Source: Atractiella rhizophila
Lineage: Eukaryota
Direction: 5' to 3'
Length of the DNA: 64,000 bases
Assembly (NCBI GenBank): GCA_021432655.1
Contig: MU271262.1
Location: 1 to 64,000 of the forward strand
Made by a program: the position numbers and the translations under genes. The notes below the pieces were generated by a model, which saw only the letters and a program-made list of their open reading frames with translations, did no database searches and was not told the DNA's origin. Shown here piece after piece: positions 1 through 10,595 of the stretch. Each line of letters opens with the position of its first letter. Within the stretch, counting starts at the first letter, position 1.

Positions 1-2087
1 TTTCGTCCGGGACGGTGTAAAAGAGTAAAGTTGAAAGATGCAAGTTCAGTGATCCAGCGCGCCTGTCGCCGATTCAACTTTTGCGGCATTCTGAAATACT
101 CAAGATTTTTGTGATCGGTCAAGATCAGAAATGGCTCATCAGTACCTTGAAGAAGGTGCCTCCATTCTTGCAGTCCACGCATAATCGCGAGCATTTCTTT
201 GTCGTAGGTGTCATAGTTCCTCTGGGCAGCGTCGAGCGATTTTGACACGAAACCGAGAGGATGAAACTTCCCATCAGGCTTCATTTGCGATAAAACGGCG
301 CCTGTCGCGAAATTTGACGCATCGACTTCAAGCAAAAATCGTCCTATTTGTTCGGGATGTGCTAAAACGGGCGCCGAAGTCATGAGCTGCTTCAAAGCGG
401 CGAACGAACGTCGTTCATCTACCCCCCAGACCCAGGAAACCTCCTTTTTGGTCAGTTCATATAAAGGTCTTGCGATGTGACTAAATCTGTCGCAAAAGCG
501 GCGATAGAAATTAGCGAAACCGAGGAACATTTGGACTTCCTTCATGTTCTTCGGTTCCGGCCAATCCATCACTCCTGCAACTTTTACTGGATCCGGTTCG
601 ATCCCTCTGCTGGTAATGATCAAACCTAGATACTCTACTTCGCTTTGACACCAGACACATTTCTGTAAGTTGACATAAAGCCCATTTTCGCGTAAAACTT
701 GACAAACTTGTCGAACGCGTTCCCAGTGTTCTTCTTCAGTTTCTGTCGCAATTAGGATGTCGTCTATGTATATGAAGATGAACGCAGCGGCGATCATAGC
801 GCGGAAAATAGAGTTCAGGAAAGCTTGGAAAGTCGCCGGTGAGTTGCAGAGTCCGAAATACATTACCAATGGTTCGAAAAGTCCTCGATTTGTGCGAAAC
901 GCCGCTTTGTGTTCGTCTCCTTCTTTGATACGAACGTTGTTGAACCCTTTCCTCAAATCAATCTTGCTGAAAAACTTCTTACCAGAAACCATGGAAAAGA
1001 GGTCAGCTTGAATGGGGAGTGGAGTCTTGTCCTTGACTGTGGCTTCGTTCAGCTTTCGATAATCGAAAAGGGGACGAAGTTCGGAGGAGTCTTTTTTATG
1101 CGTGAAAAAAACAGAAGCTCCATGTTCTCCTGTGCTAGGACGTATACGACCGGCGCTTAGTTCGGCGTCAATGAATTGGTCGAGCGCCGCTTGTTCGTCT
1201 CTTTTCAAGGGGTAGATGGGACCAGCATATGGTTGAGCTTCTGGTTTGAGGTTGATGGCATGGTCCCAAGGTCGTCGAGGAGGAAGCGAGGTTTTGAATT
1301 TTTCGTCGTCGAAAATGTCTGCAAAATCGGCGATTTGCGTCGGTATTTCGACAACGCTTTTTGGTCTCATCGCCGCTGCGTCTTTCGCCAGTTTCTGCGA
1401 TTTTGTCATGGCGGCACGTATTGAGGCAGAGGACGATGGAAGTTGGTCACGTGTGGTAGACACATCAACCGCATTGCAACTGGTGGGGCAACGAGAGAAC
1501 TCAACTTTCCCTGATGCCCAGTTAATCTCTGGGTTGTGGTGTCTTAGCCAGTCATGACCCAGAATCATGTCGACTGTCCCCAACTCCGCCACAGCGAATT
1601 GCCAAACTTCGTGGTGGGCGGCGATCGAAATGGGTAAATAAGCGACAGAATGGATGGAACCCCCCTGATTGAGGGATCCGTCGATATTGTAAACGGGCAC
1701 TGGGGAAGGGAGTTGAGTGACGGGTAGGTTGTATTCAGAAACGAGTTTCGGAGAAATGAAGGAAGTGGTTGCTCCGCTGTCGACGAGCACCGATGTGGCG
1801 TGTCGGCGATGGGAGTGTGGGTGATGGAAAGCGGTCCTGAGTTTCGTTTTCGAACTGACTAGGGATGCCGTCGTCGAACGTAAATGGACTTTGTCGTACA
1901 TTTTTGCGACATCAGCGCATCTTTGTCTCCAAGATGGAAAACGCAATTTTGGAAATGGGGAGTCATGTTTGGGAGAAGGGAAATCTGCGCAAAGCGGCGC
2001 TTTGTTGGAAGTGATTTTAGATGATGAAAATGAAATGCAAGTCGGCGACGGGGACACTCCTTTCACCCATCGCCGTCTCAAAAATCC
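1..2087 (-). CDS. Gypsy Pol (PR-RT-RNase H), partial, in the -1 frame relative to gag
   Basis: I translated the -1 frame from the slippery site (GFLRRRWVKG...) in frame into LVDSGATTSFI. The ORF track lists no stop-terminated ORF in this frame, consistent with it being open to the window edge. Confidence 0.88.
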
Positions 2088-3370
2088 TCCCCCAGATCCG
2101 ATGATTGAGCGACGCTTGTTTTCGGCGACCGGTCGGCGATTTGCACAGATTGTCGTTCCTGTTCTACGAGATGAGAGTCGAAATATTCTCCTTGTGCACG
2201 AAGATATTGCTCCTTGCTCATGGACACTTTGCATTCCTTCTCCCTGTGTCCGATCTTTTGACATCTTCGACAACGAGGCGGTCTGAACTTCGTTGCGTCC
2301 ACCTCCATATCGTCGGGGTCTTTGGCTTCATGAGGTTGCGAAGCGGCGATGGGTGACAAAGCGGCGCTCGGTCGGTACAGTGGCAGTCCGCTGATGTCTT
2401 TCTGTTTCGTCAATTTTGAGTGATCCTTCTTTGCTGAAGGTGTATTTTGGGTTCCACTCGTCGCCGATGAGATGCCCCGAAAGAAGCTGGAATGCGCGAA
2501 TTCTTCTGCGTCAATTCGCCGCGTTTTTTCCTTCCACTCTTCAAGGGACTTGGGGAAATCTCCTTGTGTCACTTTAAGGTGTAAGTCAGGATTGAGGCCC
2601 TGTTTGAAGAAAAATGTGAGCGCCTCATCGTCAAAGTCTGCCTGATTTGCCAACTCTTCAAACTTGATGATGTAGGACTCTAGGTTGCCTTTCTGTTGCA
2701 GGGAAGACAGTTTCGTTTGCGCAATAAGTTTGTGGTCAGTTTTGCAAAAACGCGATCTGAACTCCGACAAAAATTGCTCCCACGAAATCTGTTCCTCATT
2801 TTCGGCAAGTCGGCGCAGTATCCCAGCGGCGAATTTTTCAGCGTCTCCCTCTTTCATATATGATAGAGTAAATAAGATTTTCGACTTTTCTGAGGGGAAC
2901 TGTCCTGGGATGGCAGACGTATAGACGTAAATTTCGCGAAGAAAGGTCGGCGCCGAGCTAGGCACTCCTTTGAAGATAGAGGGCGTGGCAAGTCTGATTC
3001 CTGCATAAGGCGAAACTTGTGCATTTTGAGGTATAGAGGGAGGAGAGTAAGTTTGGGGTATTGGGTCTGTTCGCGACAAAAAGGGGGAGGTGGTCCCACT
3101 GTCTCTAGGAGGAGGCAGTCTGGAGTCCAGCAATTGTAAAATTCGGTCGTTTGTGTTCTGGACGTCGGACCTCAGTTGCGCAATTTCGTGCGCATTTTGG
3201 GAGGTTTGCGCGTTTTGTTGGTTGAAACTTGCTACGAGATCTTGTTCAATTTTTTTGAACTGCTTTTCGGTTGTGAGGTGTAGAGTTTGGAACATCCTTT
3301 CTAAACGATGGATGCGTTCTTCGCTCGTCGGCGATTCGCGCGTTTCCATATCTCCCCAAACCTCCGACAT
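2078..3370 (-). CDS. Gypsy Gag
   Basis: ATG at 3370 (MSEVWG...), retrotransposon gag motifs (KILFTLSYM, YIIKFEELA, DDMEVDA), zinc knuckle, ends EDF*. Confidence 0.9.
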   Translation of the reverse strand: MSEVWGDMETRESPTSEERIHRLERMFQTLHLTTEKQFKKIEQDLVASFNQQNAQTSQNAHEIAQLRSDVQNTNDRILQLLDSRLPPPRDSGTTSPFLSRTDPIPQTYSPPSIPQNAQVSPYAGIRLATPSIFKGVPSSAPTFLREIYVYTSAIPGQFPSEKSKILFTLSYMKEGDAEKFAAGILRRLAENEEQISWEQFLSEFRSRFCKTDHKLIAQTKLSSLQQKGNLESYIIKFEELANQADFDDEALTFFFKQGLNPDLHLKVTQGDFPKSLEEWKEKTRRIDAEEFAHSSFFRGISSATSGTQNTPSAKKDHSKLTKQKDISGLPLYRPSAALSPIAASQPHEAKDPDDMEVDATKFRPPRCRRCQKIGHREKECKVSMSKEQYLRAQGEYFDSHLVEQERQSVQIADRSPKTSVAQSSDLGEDF

Positions 3371-3411
3371 TTTTTTAAGTTTGGTTTTGAAAATGAGAGA
3401 GAGTATTCTTC

Positions 3412-4025
3412 TGTTAGGGCTGACACTATGTGCGGTCGCCGATAGGCGATGCGTCTGTAGTGGAGATAAACCTAAGTGCATGATATGACATGAAGACTAA
3501 CCTGTAGTGGAGATAAACCTAAGAGAATACTCTGAGGTCACCTCCACTACTCTCTGATCTATATATACAAGCGGAATAACACTGCCACAGAGCGTAGAGG
3601 AGAGCAGATGAAACATGTAAGAGAACTAGAAGAGGAAGCGACAGTGGGATTACGCGGAGTTAATAAGAGGAGGATAGGCACAATTGGGCTAAGGGGGTGA
3701 TGTAGGCGCGAACGGGCGAACGGGCGCCGATTTGCACTGCGTGCAAATAGGCGACGGGAGACGCAGTGGCGACGGGAGACGCAGTGGCGACGGGAGACGC
3801 AGTGGCGACGGGAGACGCAGTGGCGACGGGAGACGCAGTGGCGACGGGAGACGCAGTGGCGACGGGAGACGCAGTGGCGAACGGGCGCCGATTCGCAGGG
3901 AACGCAAATGGGCGATAGGAGACGCAATCCGGGGAACGGGCGCCGATTCGCAGGGAACGCAAATGGGCGATAGGAGACACAATCCGGGGAACGGGAGCCG
4001 ATTTGCATAAGATGCAAACCTGACA
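3412..4025 (-). repeat. 5' LTR of the young Gypsy (~614 bp)
   Basis: TGTCA start at 4025 interrupts an older RT reading frame. TAACA end at 3412. TATA box at 3560-3567. Internal 22-bp direct repeat at 3455 and 3502. Confidence 0.8.
3750..3880. repeat. Minisatellite, 7 x 18-bp GGCGACGGGAGACGCAGT, inside the LTR
   Basis: Seven perfect tandem copies read directly. Followed by two ~55-bp units (3880-3990). Confidence 0.97.
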
Positions 4026-4703
4026 GTACCATCGTACTTGAGAGACAAAGAACTGTTCGTTCAACACTGTGATCGATAATTTTGCTGCTCGGCATCGTTG
4101 GAGGAATTTTCTGAGGAGCAAGATTGTCTTGTTGAAAGTCTTTTCTCTTCTAAGCACGTTGTCAACCTGCCAAACTAGCCGCCCTCTATGTTTCGGGCGT
4201 AGATCTCCAAACGCGGAATCTATCATTCTCCAGTACGTGCCAGGGGATCTGGTGAGTCTTAAGGCTATTACTTTGAAAGCGAACAATCCTCTTCCAGGAG
4301 TATAGAAAGCTGTCTTCTCAATGTCTTCTTCTCGCATGAAGATGGCATGGAAACCTCTGCACATGCCCACGTAGAAATAAAACTTGATTCCTGCCATTTC
4401 TGCTGCTGTTTGGTTGAGCCCTGCCACTGGAAATGGAGACGATTCTGTTGCCACTTTGAGTCCCAGAAATGCTATTACCATTCTCCATTTTGCCTTTGGT
4501 CTCGATGGGAGTTCATGCCTCTCCGGATCATCTATCTTCTCTGGTGATTCAGCTGCCTGCTTTCCTTCTAGCTGAACCAGTACCTGAGAGACCTTTAATC
4601 AAAGAGAGTTGGGGGACATATCGAATGGTTTATCGTCAGCATTTGGTTTGGGAACATTTTGAGATGTGCAATGTGAGGAGGTTGGTATTCGGACATTGGA
4701 AGC
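4026..4703 (-). pseudogene. Degenerate Gypsy RT fragment (3' half of an old element)
   Basis: KWRMVIAFLGL...GFHAI...DIEKTAFYTPGRGLFAFKV motifs, with catalytic residues decayed. Confidence 0.8.
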
Positions 4704-4987
4704 TATGAGAAAATAGTAAGGCCCATTCATTCCATTTGGCTCCTCTTCACATCCGTTCCTTTCAATGTCTACAAACTGTACTATTCTCTCTTTCTGTTCA
4801 CTCTTCGGTGCGACTGCACATTCATTTGTTTTCACTCCAGTTGTCTTCTCACATTACAACATGTACATAGGGTTAGGTTTCTTAGCAGATTCCCCAGTGT
4901 TCCACCGTCTCATTTTCGCTGGGGATCAGGTACATAGCCTTCATTGCATTTAGAGCGTTCCACCATCTCATTTTCGCTGGGGATCAG
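4704..4987 (+). repeat. Displaced 5' LTR of the Copia element at 15178-20205
   Basis: Inverted copy of 15178-15472. Preceded by GAAGC (4699-4703), which matches the flank of the 3' LTR. Confidence 0.9.
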
Positions 4988-6621
4988 CCCCTGGAAACTT
5001 GCAGGGCTGAGTTAGTGCTGGGGTAGGGAAGGGTTAGTGTACTTAGTGGTCGGTTAGTCCAGTGTGCTAGAGTCGTCTAGTGCTGTCAATTTGCTTGAGC
5101 ATTGTCGAGGGGCCATTGAAATATTGACAAGTACATAGGGGGACCATTGACGTTAAAGTAACATCTCGGTCTCCCTGTCCCCTCGAAGCACCACTTCTAT
5201 GGAAAGAATGGTGGAGAGATAGAATTCCATGTGGAGGGTTGATTCAGTGAGGGAAGGACCAGTCTTCGAGCACTCTGTGCATAATTTTTTCTGCATAGCT
5301 TGCAGAATCTCAGTCAGACTGTATATATCTACCATTATGAAATCCGAATTGGGGAATTAAAATGACAAACTGAAGTAATATAATTTGGTAGATGAAGAAT
5401 ACTGCTGCATTGAAGCGATAAAACAGTCATGAAAACAAGTTATTGTAATGCTAATAAACTGGGTCTGGGAGATACATCTCATCACTCTGATCTGCATCTC
5501 CTTCGATAAGAGCCTTGTCTGCCTCCAGCTCAGGGACTGGGCATATAAGTGTATCAGAGTGATGATAGTGAAGAACCCAGATGAAGGATCTTCCCTCGCC
5601 GTCTTCCGCTTGAAAGATCCCGGTCAACCGCTTCTTCTGATCGAGATGTACAAGTCGGAATTCATTGCTCCATTGGCAAAGTATTTCACTCCTGAAAAGG
5701 TTTCAGCATTTGGTGAAGAGATGAGTGAGTACGAAGAGCTTGTCAGTGGCTGGGTCTGTTTCTGGGTCAAAGAAAGACTCTGGGACCCGAATGTAGACCA
5801 CTGCCTCGCCATAGAAGATATCTCCTTTGTCGTCAATGCTCTGTTTCCGTCATTAGAAGAGACAAGTGTATCAGCGGCCTTCGTCCCTCAGGCCCCCCAA
5901 CCCACTTGCAAGGGGCATGGCCCCTTGAACCCTACTGTAACTCATGTAAGGGTTCGAGTCCAGTATGGGATGCATTTTTTTACCCCCTCAGAATAAAAGT
6001 TCCTCGCAGCTTCAGAAAGGGGCAAGCATATGGGTTATGATGGTATAATTCATGTCATTCTATTGTGCATGGTGTGGGAGGTGTGAGGGCTCAAAAGTGC
6101 GTCTTATGACTCACGCCAAGAAACCCAACGCTCTTAGAAGAATAGATAGCAAGACACATTAACTCACAACTTACCTTATACCTGCATGCCTTTGGTGCTT
6201 CGAATTTCCATGACCTCTCCAGCTTCTGAGACCGAATGATATCCCCATTAACCAAGGCACACCGTCCCCAATGCTCCCACTTCGCCACGACTTTCTCCAA
6301 GTCCAACCCCTCGAGATTCTTCCTGTGAGCAAAGCAGTGAGCTTGAATCAAAGCAAGTTCATGCATCCATTCGATGCGGTATTCGGTACCTTGAAGCTTC
6401 GCAAGCTAATCGATGCCCAGCGAGGGGAATAAACAGAGTTGTGTGAGTGAGCCGGAGAGAAACGCTGATATCGAGAGCCAGCGTTCCCATGCGTCACATT
6501 TGGAGCTGGGTACAGAATATCCATGATGTTTATTTGCTCCAGCAACAGGGCTTGGTTAAGCAGGTTCTCTTGGTATTTGTTGTCCTGATTGATTTGTTTC
6601 TTGAGGAATCCGATCATTCCC
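4988..6621 (-). mobile_element. CACTA/EnSpm-like DNA transposon, left half, with transposase C-terminal remnant
   Basis: 33-bp TIR CCCCTGGAAACTTGCAGGGCTG...TAGTGCTG and subterminal TAGTG repeats. Peptides EGMIGFLKKQI..NLLNQALL, WGRCALVNGDIIRS and IFYGEAVVYI resemble fungal CACTA (Tnp2-type) transposase C-termini. Confidence 0.7.
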
Positions 6622-6693
6622 TCATGCTCTTAGGTTTATCTCTACTACAGACGCATCGCCCATCGGCGACCGCACATAGTGTCTGCCCTAACA
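6622..6693 (+). repeat. 72-bp 3'-end fragment of the young Gypsy LTR family
   Basis: Reverse complement of 3412-3483 with about 4 mismatches. Ends in TAACA. Confidence 0.9.
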
Positions 6694-8074
6694 CGTAGAG
6701 GGTGTCTTTGAGGATGTTAATTATGATTTGGTTGCCGATTTTGATTGCCACCTTATAGGTTCCTCACAAGATAGCTTCAATGGGTGTCTGTGATAGGCCG
6801 TGGATCTTGAAGTTTGAGAGAGCCCGGCATGTCTCTTCTATGAACCCATCACCATCGTTACTAATGTACGAGGTAGTTCCGGAGTGGGCTAGCCATGTGG
6901 CCTTAGGAAGTGAACCGTCAAAATGGTCTTGTGCATGGTATGCGGAGTCAGCAAGGACATAGTTGATGTTTGGAGTTTCTGATGATTGGTATGCCTTTTC
7001 CTTCTTTCCTCGTCCGCTTCTTGGTTTCTGACCTTCCCTTCCTCCTCCCTTAGCAGTCAGCCTTCATATGCCCTTTCTTATGGCAATTGGAGCACTTGAT
7101 GTCGGACCTGTCTCTGCCACCTCCCATTTTCGGTTTTGCTGTCCTTCTCCCTTTCACAAATAGTGCTGTCTCTAGTGCTCCTGACTTCTCCTTCCTGCAC
7201 CTCTCCTCTTCAATCAGTAGTGCTAATAGCTCGTGCGATGACAAGGTCGGTTTGTTCGAATGCGCTTCGAAATATGTGGATGTGAACATGTCCCACGATT
7301 CTGGCAATGACATGATAAGGAGAAACGTGAAGTCTTCGTCTTTGAGTGTCCCCATTAAGGCAAGTTCCTCTTGAACCCCTCTGAATGCGCAGATGTGCTC
7401 GACCATGCTGAATCGATACAATCAACGCCTTGCCACCAGGATTCCAAAGATTTCCTTCGCCTCTTTCACTGCGCACAACTGCTTCCACATCTCGTTGCTC
7501 CTGCCAAGTGGATCAGCTCGCCATCGGTGATCGTCAGCTCAATGCAAGTCTTGCCTTGGCATCCTTCGCATCCCATTCAGTGAGTTCTTTCTGGTTCGTG
7601 ATGGTGTCTTCCTCACCATCCTTTTCTTTCTTTACCTCTGGAGTAGGTCTTTTCTTCTTTGATCCAGTAACGTAGTGTAACAGATTGATCTCTTGTAAGA
7701 CTGCCATGATGTGTTGTTTGTACGCCACCCAGTTATTCGATTTGAGCGGCTTGATCTTGAATGCATTGAAGGACTCGGACATGGTTATGTGGGGCTGCTA
7801 GCGGGGGATTGGATGCGTTGGCGCCTTGTCTTTTTTGTGCTTGGCTGGTAGGGTGCTGTTTTGTGTCTATGAGCTTGTTGGGCTTATAACCTGTTGTTAT
7901 TGTAGAATGTCATAATAATTATTTTGCTTTCCAGAGCCTTTATATACTTGTGGATACAAGGTTCTAGAATCTTCAAGAAAGTAAGATAAGAAAAAAGCGA
8001 GAACTTGAGCCAAAAAGGAACATTCTAGTATTGCCACTCAACTGAGATGGCAGGATGAATCATGAATGACAACA
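6694..8074 (-). mobile_element. Truncated Ty1/Copia element (LTR 7892-8074, PBS, degenerate gag-protease)
   Basis: 183-bp LTR TGTTGT...ACAACA. PBS GGTTATAAGCCC at 7880-7891. Gag from ATG 7782 with LLIMSLPESWD and CSNCHKKGHMKADC. Decayed protease WLAHSGTTSYI. Confidence 0.88.
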
Positions 8075-8901
8075 CGTAACAAACCCTCTCACTTTCTCCA
8101 TCTAGAACACTCACCGGTGTTTATCCTCTCTGCGCATCCAACCATATACTGCTTCCACACCGCAAATACCTCCTGCCCTTTACCATTTACCTACATTTTG
8201 TGGTTCTTCCGACGAGTGTGAAATGAAAAGTGAACTGGCATTAGAGTTGAGCACGTTGGATACTTGGATGTCGCCTTCCTACTTTTTGCAATCTATAAGA
8301 GAGGTATTTGAAGGAGATGAAGGTAAAGTCGATTGATCGGGTAGTTCAGAAATGGGGGGTTGACTCATAGCTGTTATGCGAAAACAACGCACCTCGACAA
8401 CCTTCCCTCCTCTCCTGCCCGGGGGCTTCGTAAACGCGCCGAATTGTGTACCTGATTTCCTACTCCTTAGCTTGATTCCGGTGTCGACTCCAATCGAACG
8501 TCTATTAACGAGTTTGAAACTGAATCGCTTGCAGAGAGGTATAGTATGAGAGTATATGAGACAGAGGATGTGGTGGTTCTACTTGAGACAGACTACCAGC
8601 AGAAAGGAGGAAAACGGGCAGACGGTAGGAAGGCCGGTTTTAACTCTAACTAAACCAGATGTGGCGCGAACGAAAAGTCGTTTAACAATAGCAAATGATG
8701 CATGGTGCCAGCATCACCATCACTGCCTCACCGGCCTCACATCTAATAACTGCATATTTCAACGATAGTTAATAAACAGGTGAGGGATTTAATATTGAGT
8801 CATCGCCATGGCCGCCTATAGCGCCATAAGGACAGCTAGGAACGACTCTATAACGAGGTCCTATCATAGATCCCCATAGGGCGAAGGAATGTGCTGATGA
8901 C

Positions 8902-9726
8902 TGCCTAGAAGGTTAGATGAGCAGGATAGGGAGGAGATAACCTAGTCTGGTAGCGTCTTCGTTTTTGAGGAAGGCAAAAACGGGATGATGCGATGGACCG
9001 ATCACTTGAAGGTGCATATTCCTTCTCGAACCGTATCAGAGAAAATAAAATCGTTATTTGTTAATCGATATATATCAGTGCGGACAGTCGAGAATGTCGG
9101 GTGTTTTTCCCACTTACACTGAACGCGACTATCCAAAGAACACGCTTCCTCTCACCAAAGCCTCTATCTGCATCAACCGACACGTTGGATCGACCGCGCT
9201 GTCGAGCGTTGGCACCTCGTTGCGCAATACAACAGAGACTACCGCACCCCAACCACAGCGCAGCCTCAGCCGCAACTGTCTGGAGGTCTCTTCGGGAGAA
9301 GGTCGTCAACTCCGACACCTAAAACACAGATGCAGCAGCAGCCAGCCAGTGTTGGTGGCATGAGAGCCTCCACTCCGCCACCAGGCCAATCCCAGCTCCT
9401 CTGGTCCGCTTCCCCCTTTCCTCTTACGGCTGGGGACGGTCCTCCAATCCACCTCCCATCCTTCCCACACCAAGAACGAGCAGTGAATATAACAACTCTC
9501 AGTGTGGGTATGAAGGAAATGATGTGATGTTGAACAGGGGATGGAAGGCATGGGCATCGTTGATGGAGGCGGGATTATGCGCCGCACAAGTGTGATGGAG
9601 CAGCCGAGACTCTCTAGTTTCAGCGGGATGAGTGAGACGGCCAGTTACCAGAGAACAAGGAAGGTGAGCATGAGAGGACCAGAAGATACCGAGTACGTCA
9701 CTCCTCACTACATTCAAATGGACTAG
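8902..9726 (+). pseudogene. Gti1/Pac2 (WOPR) transcription factor pseudogene, copy C
   Basis: PRRLDEQDREE..VFVFEEGKNGMMRWTDHLK|intron|CGQSRMSGVF. In-frame TAG at 8943-8945, 5' truncation, frameshift and internal deletion. C-terminal MRGPEDTEYVTPH shared with copy A. Confidence 0.88.
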
Positions 9727-10595
9727 AGTGCTCTTAAACACTATTCAATTTCAGTAATGTTGCACAACGGACTGCGTTACAACTTGCTCTTCCTTGTCTA
9801 TCTAATCCTTGCATCTGCTATTGCGGTTAGGTTTACGTTTTCCTATCCTAGCACTAACCCATCCCTTGCGTTTCTTCTGTCGCCAGATTCTAAATACTGC
9901 TGGTCTACGTGCCACAGGCTAAACATTGCCTGGAAGCAGTGGCTATTTCAACACACTCCGTTGCTCCTCATTAAAAATTAATACTGTTTTGACGGTTTAT
10001 TATCGTCTCCACCCGATCAGACCTTTTTACCATTGTATTTATTTTGCATTGTTTCTTAAGGATTATGCTGCGTATATTCACTCTCCAGATTTTCCTCGAA
10101 GTCTCATGATCTGGGCAGAAACTCAGATGGTGTCGTACAATCAATTACTGCCCCACATGACAACATTGACACCATAACTCACTGTGGGTTCCTTTGCCTG
10201 TGTAACAACGCTCTTAAAAATCGCAGAACAAACCGTGTGCAGTGTCTGTGGCTAGACGTCCAACAGCAGTCCAAACGCGGAACCCTCGACGTCATTGTTT
10301 TCTCCCTGGAATCTTTCTTCTCCATTCTTCTCAGATTCGTTTCTGCTCAGTGTGCTGACAATTGAAAATGGCCGAGACGGTTCAAAGATTCAAGTTTCGT
10401 CGTAACACAAGACAATGCAGACATAACCTGGTGATCACCGTTTTGACTTTCTTCTTCTCATTCTATCTGATCTAACATCGATGTATCTTCTCCCAGGAGC
10501 CCCGCTCGACCGCACTGGTGAATCTCATCACGCCAGCAAAATTCAGCACTTCACTCCACCTCTCCATTCTTCCTTCTTTCCTATCCCGCTTACCC

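Larger units (their letters stand above)
1..4025 (-). mobile_element. Young Ty3/Gypsy LTR retrotransposon (5' LTR, gag, pol running off the left window edge)
   Basis: Gag with CCHC knuckle (CRRCQKIGHREKEC). Protease VLVDSGATTSFIS (~1760-1795), RT motif YIDDIL (~755-772), RNase H VDASNFATGAVLSQ (~285-330). LTR is TGTCA...TAACA on the minus strand. Confidence 0.95.

Noticed and set aside
3750..3880. Possible CRISPR array
   Set aside because: Head-to-tail repeats with no spacers, in a eukaryotic LTR.
3559..4481. Several overlapping ORFs with repeated peptides (ATASPV, GDGRRS, HCVSRR)
   Set aside because: By-products of the stop-free 18-bp minisatellite and of the LTR fused to an old RT fragment. 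Not genes.
5910..5975. tRNA-like GGTTCGAGTCC
   Set aside because: No T-stem, acceptor stem or A-box. Only a local hairpin.
5448..5996. 182-aa plus-strand ORF
   Set aside because: Antisense shadow of the minus-strand transposase remnant (IFYGEAVVYI...).
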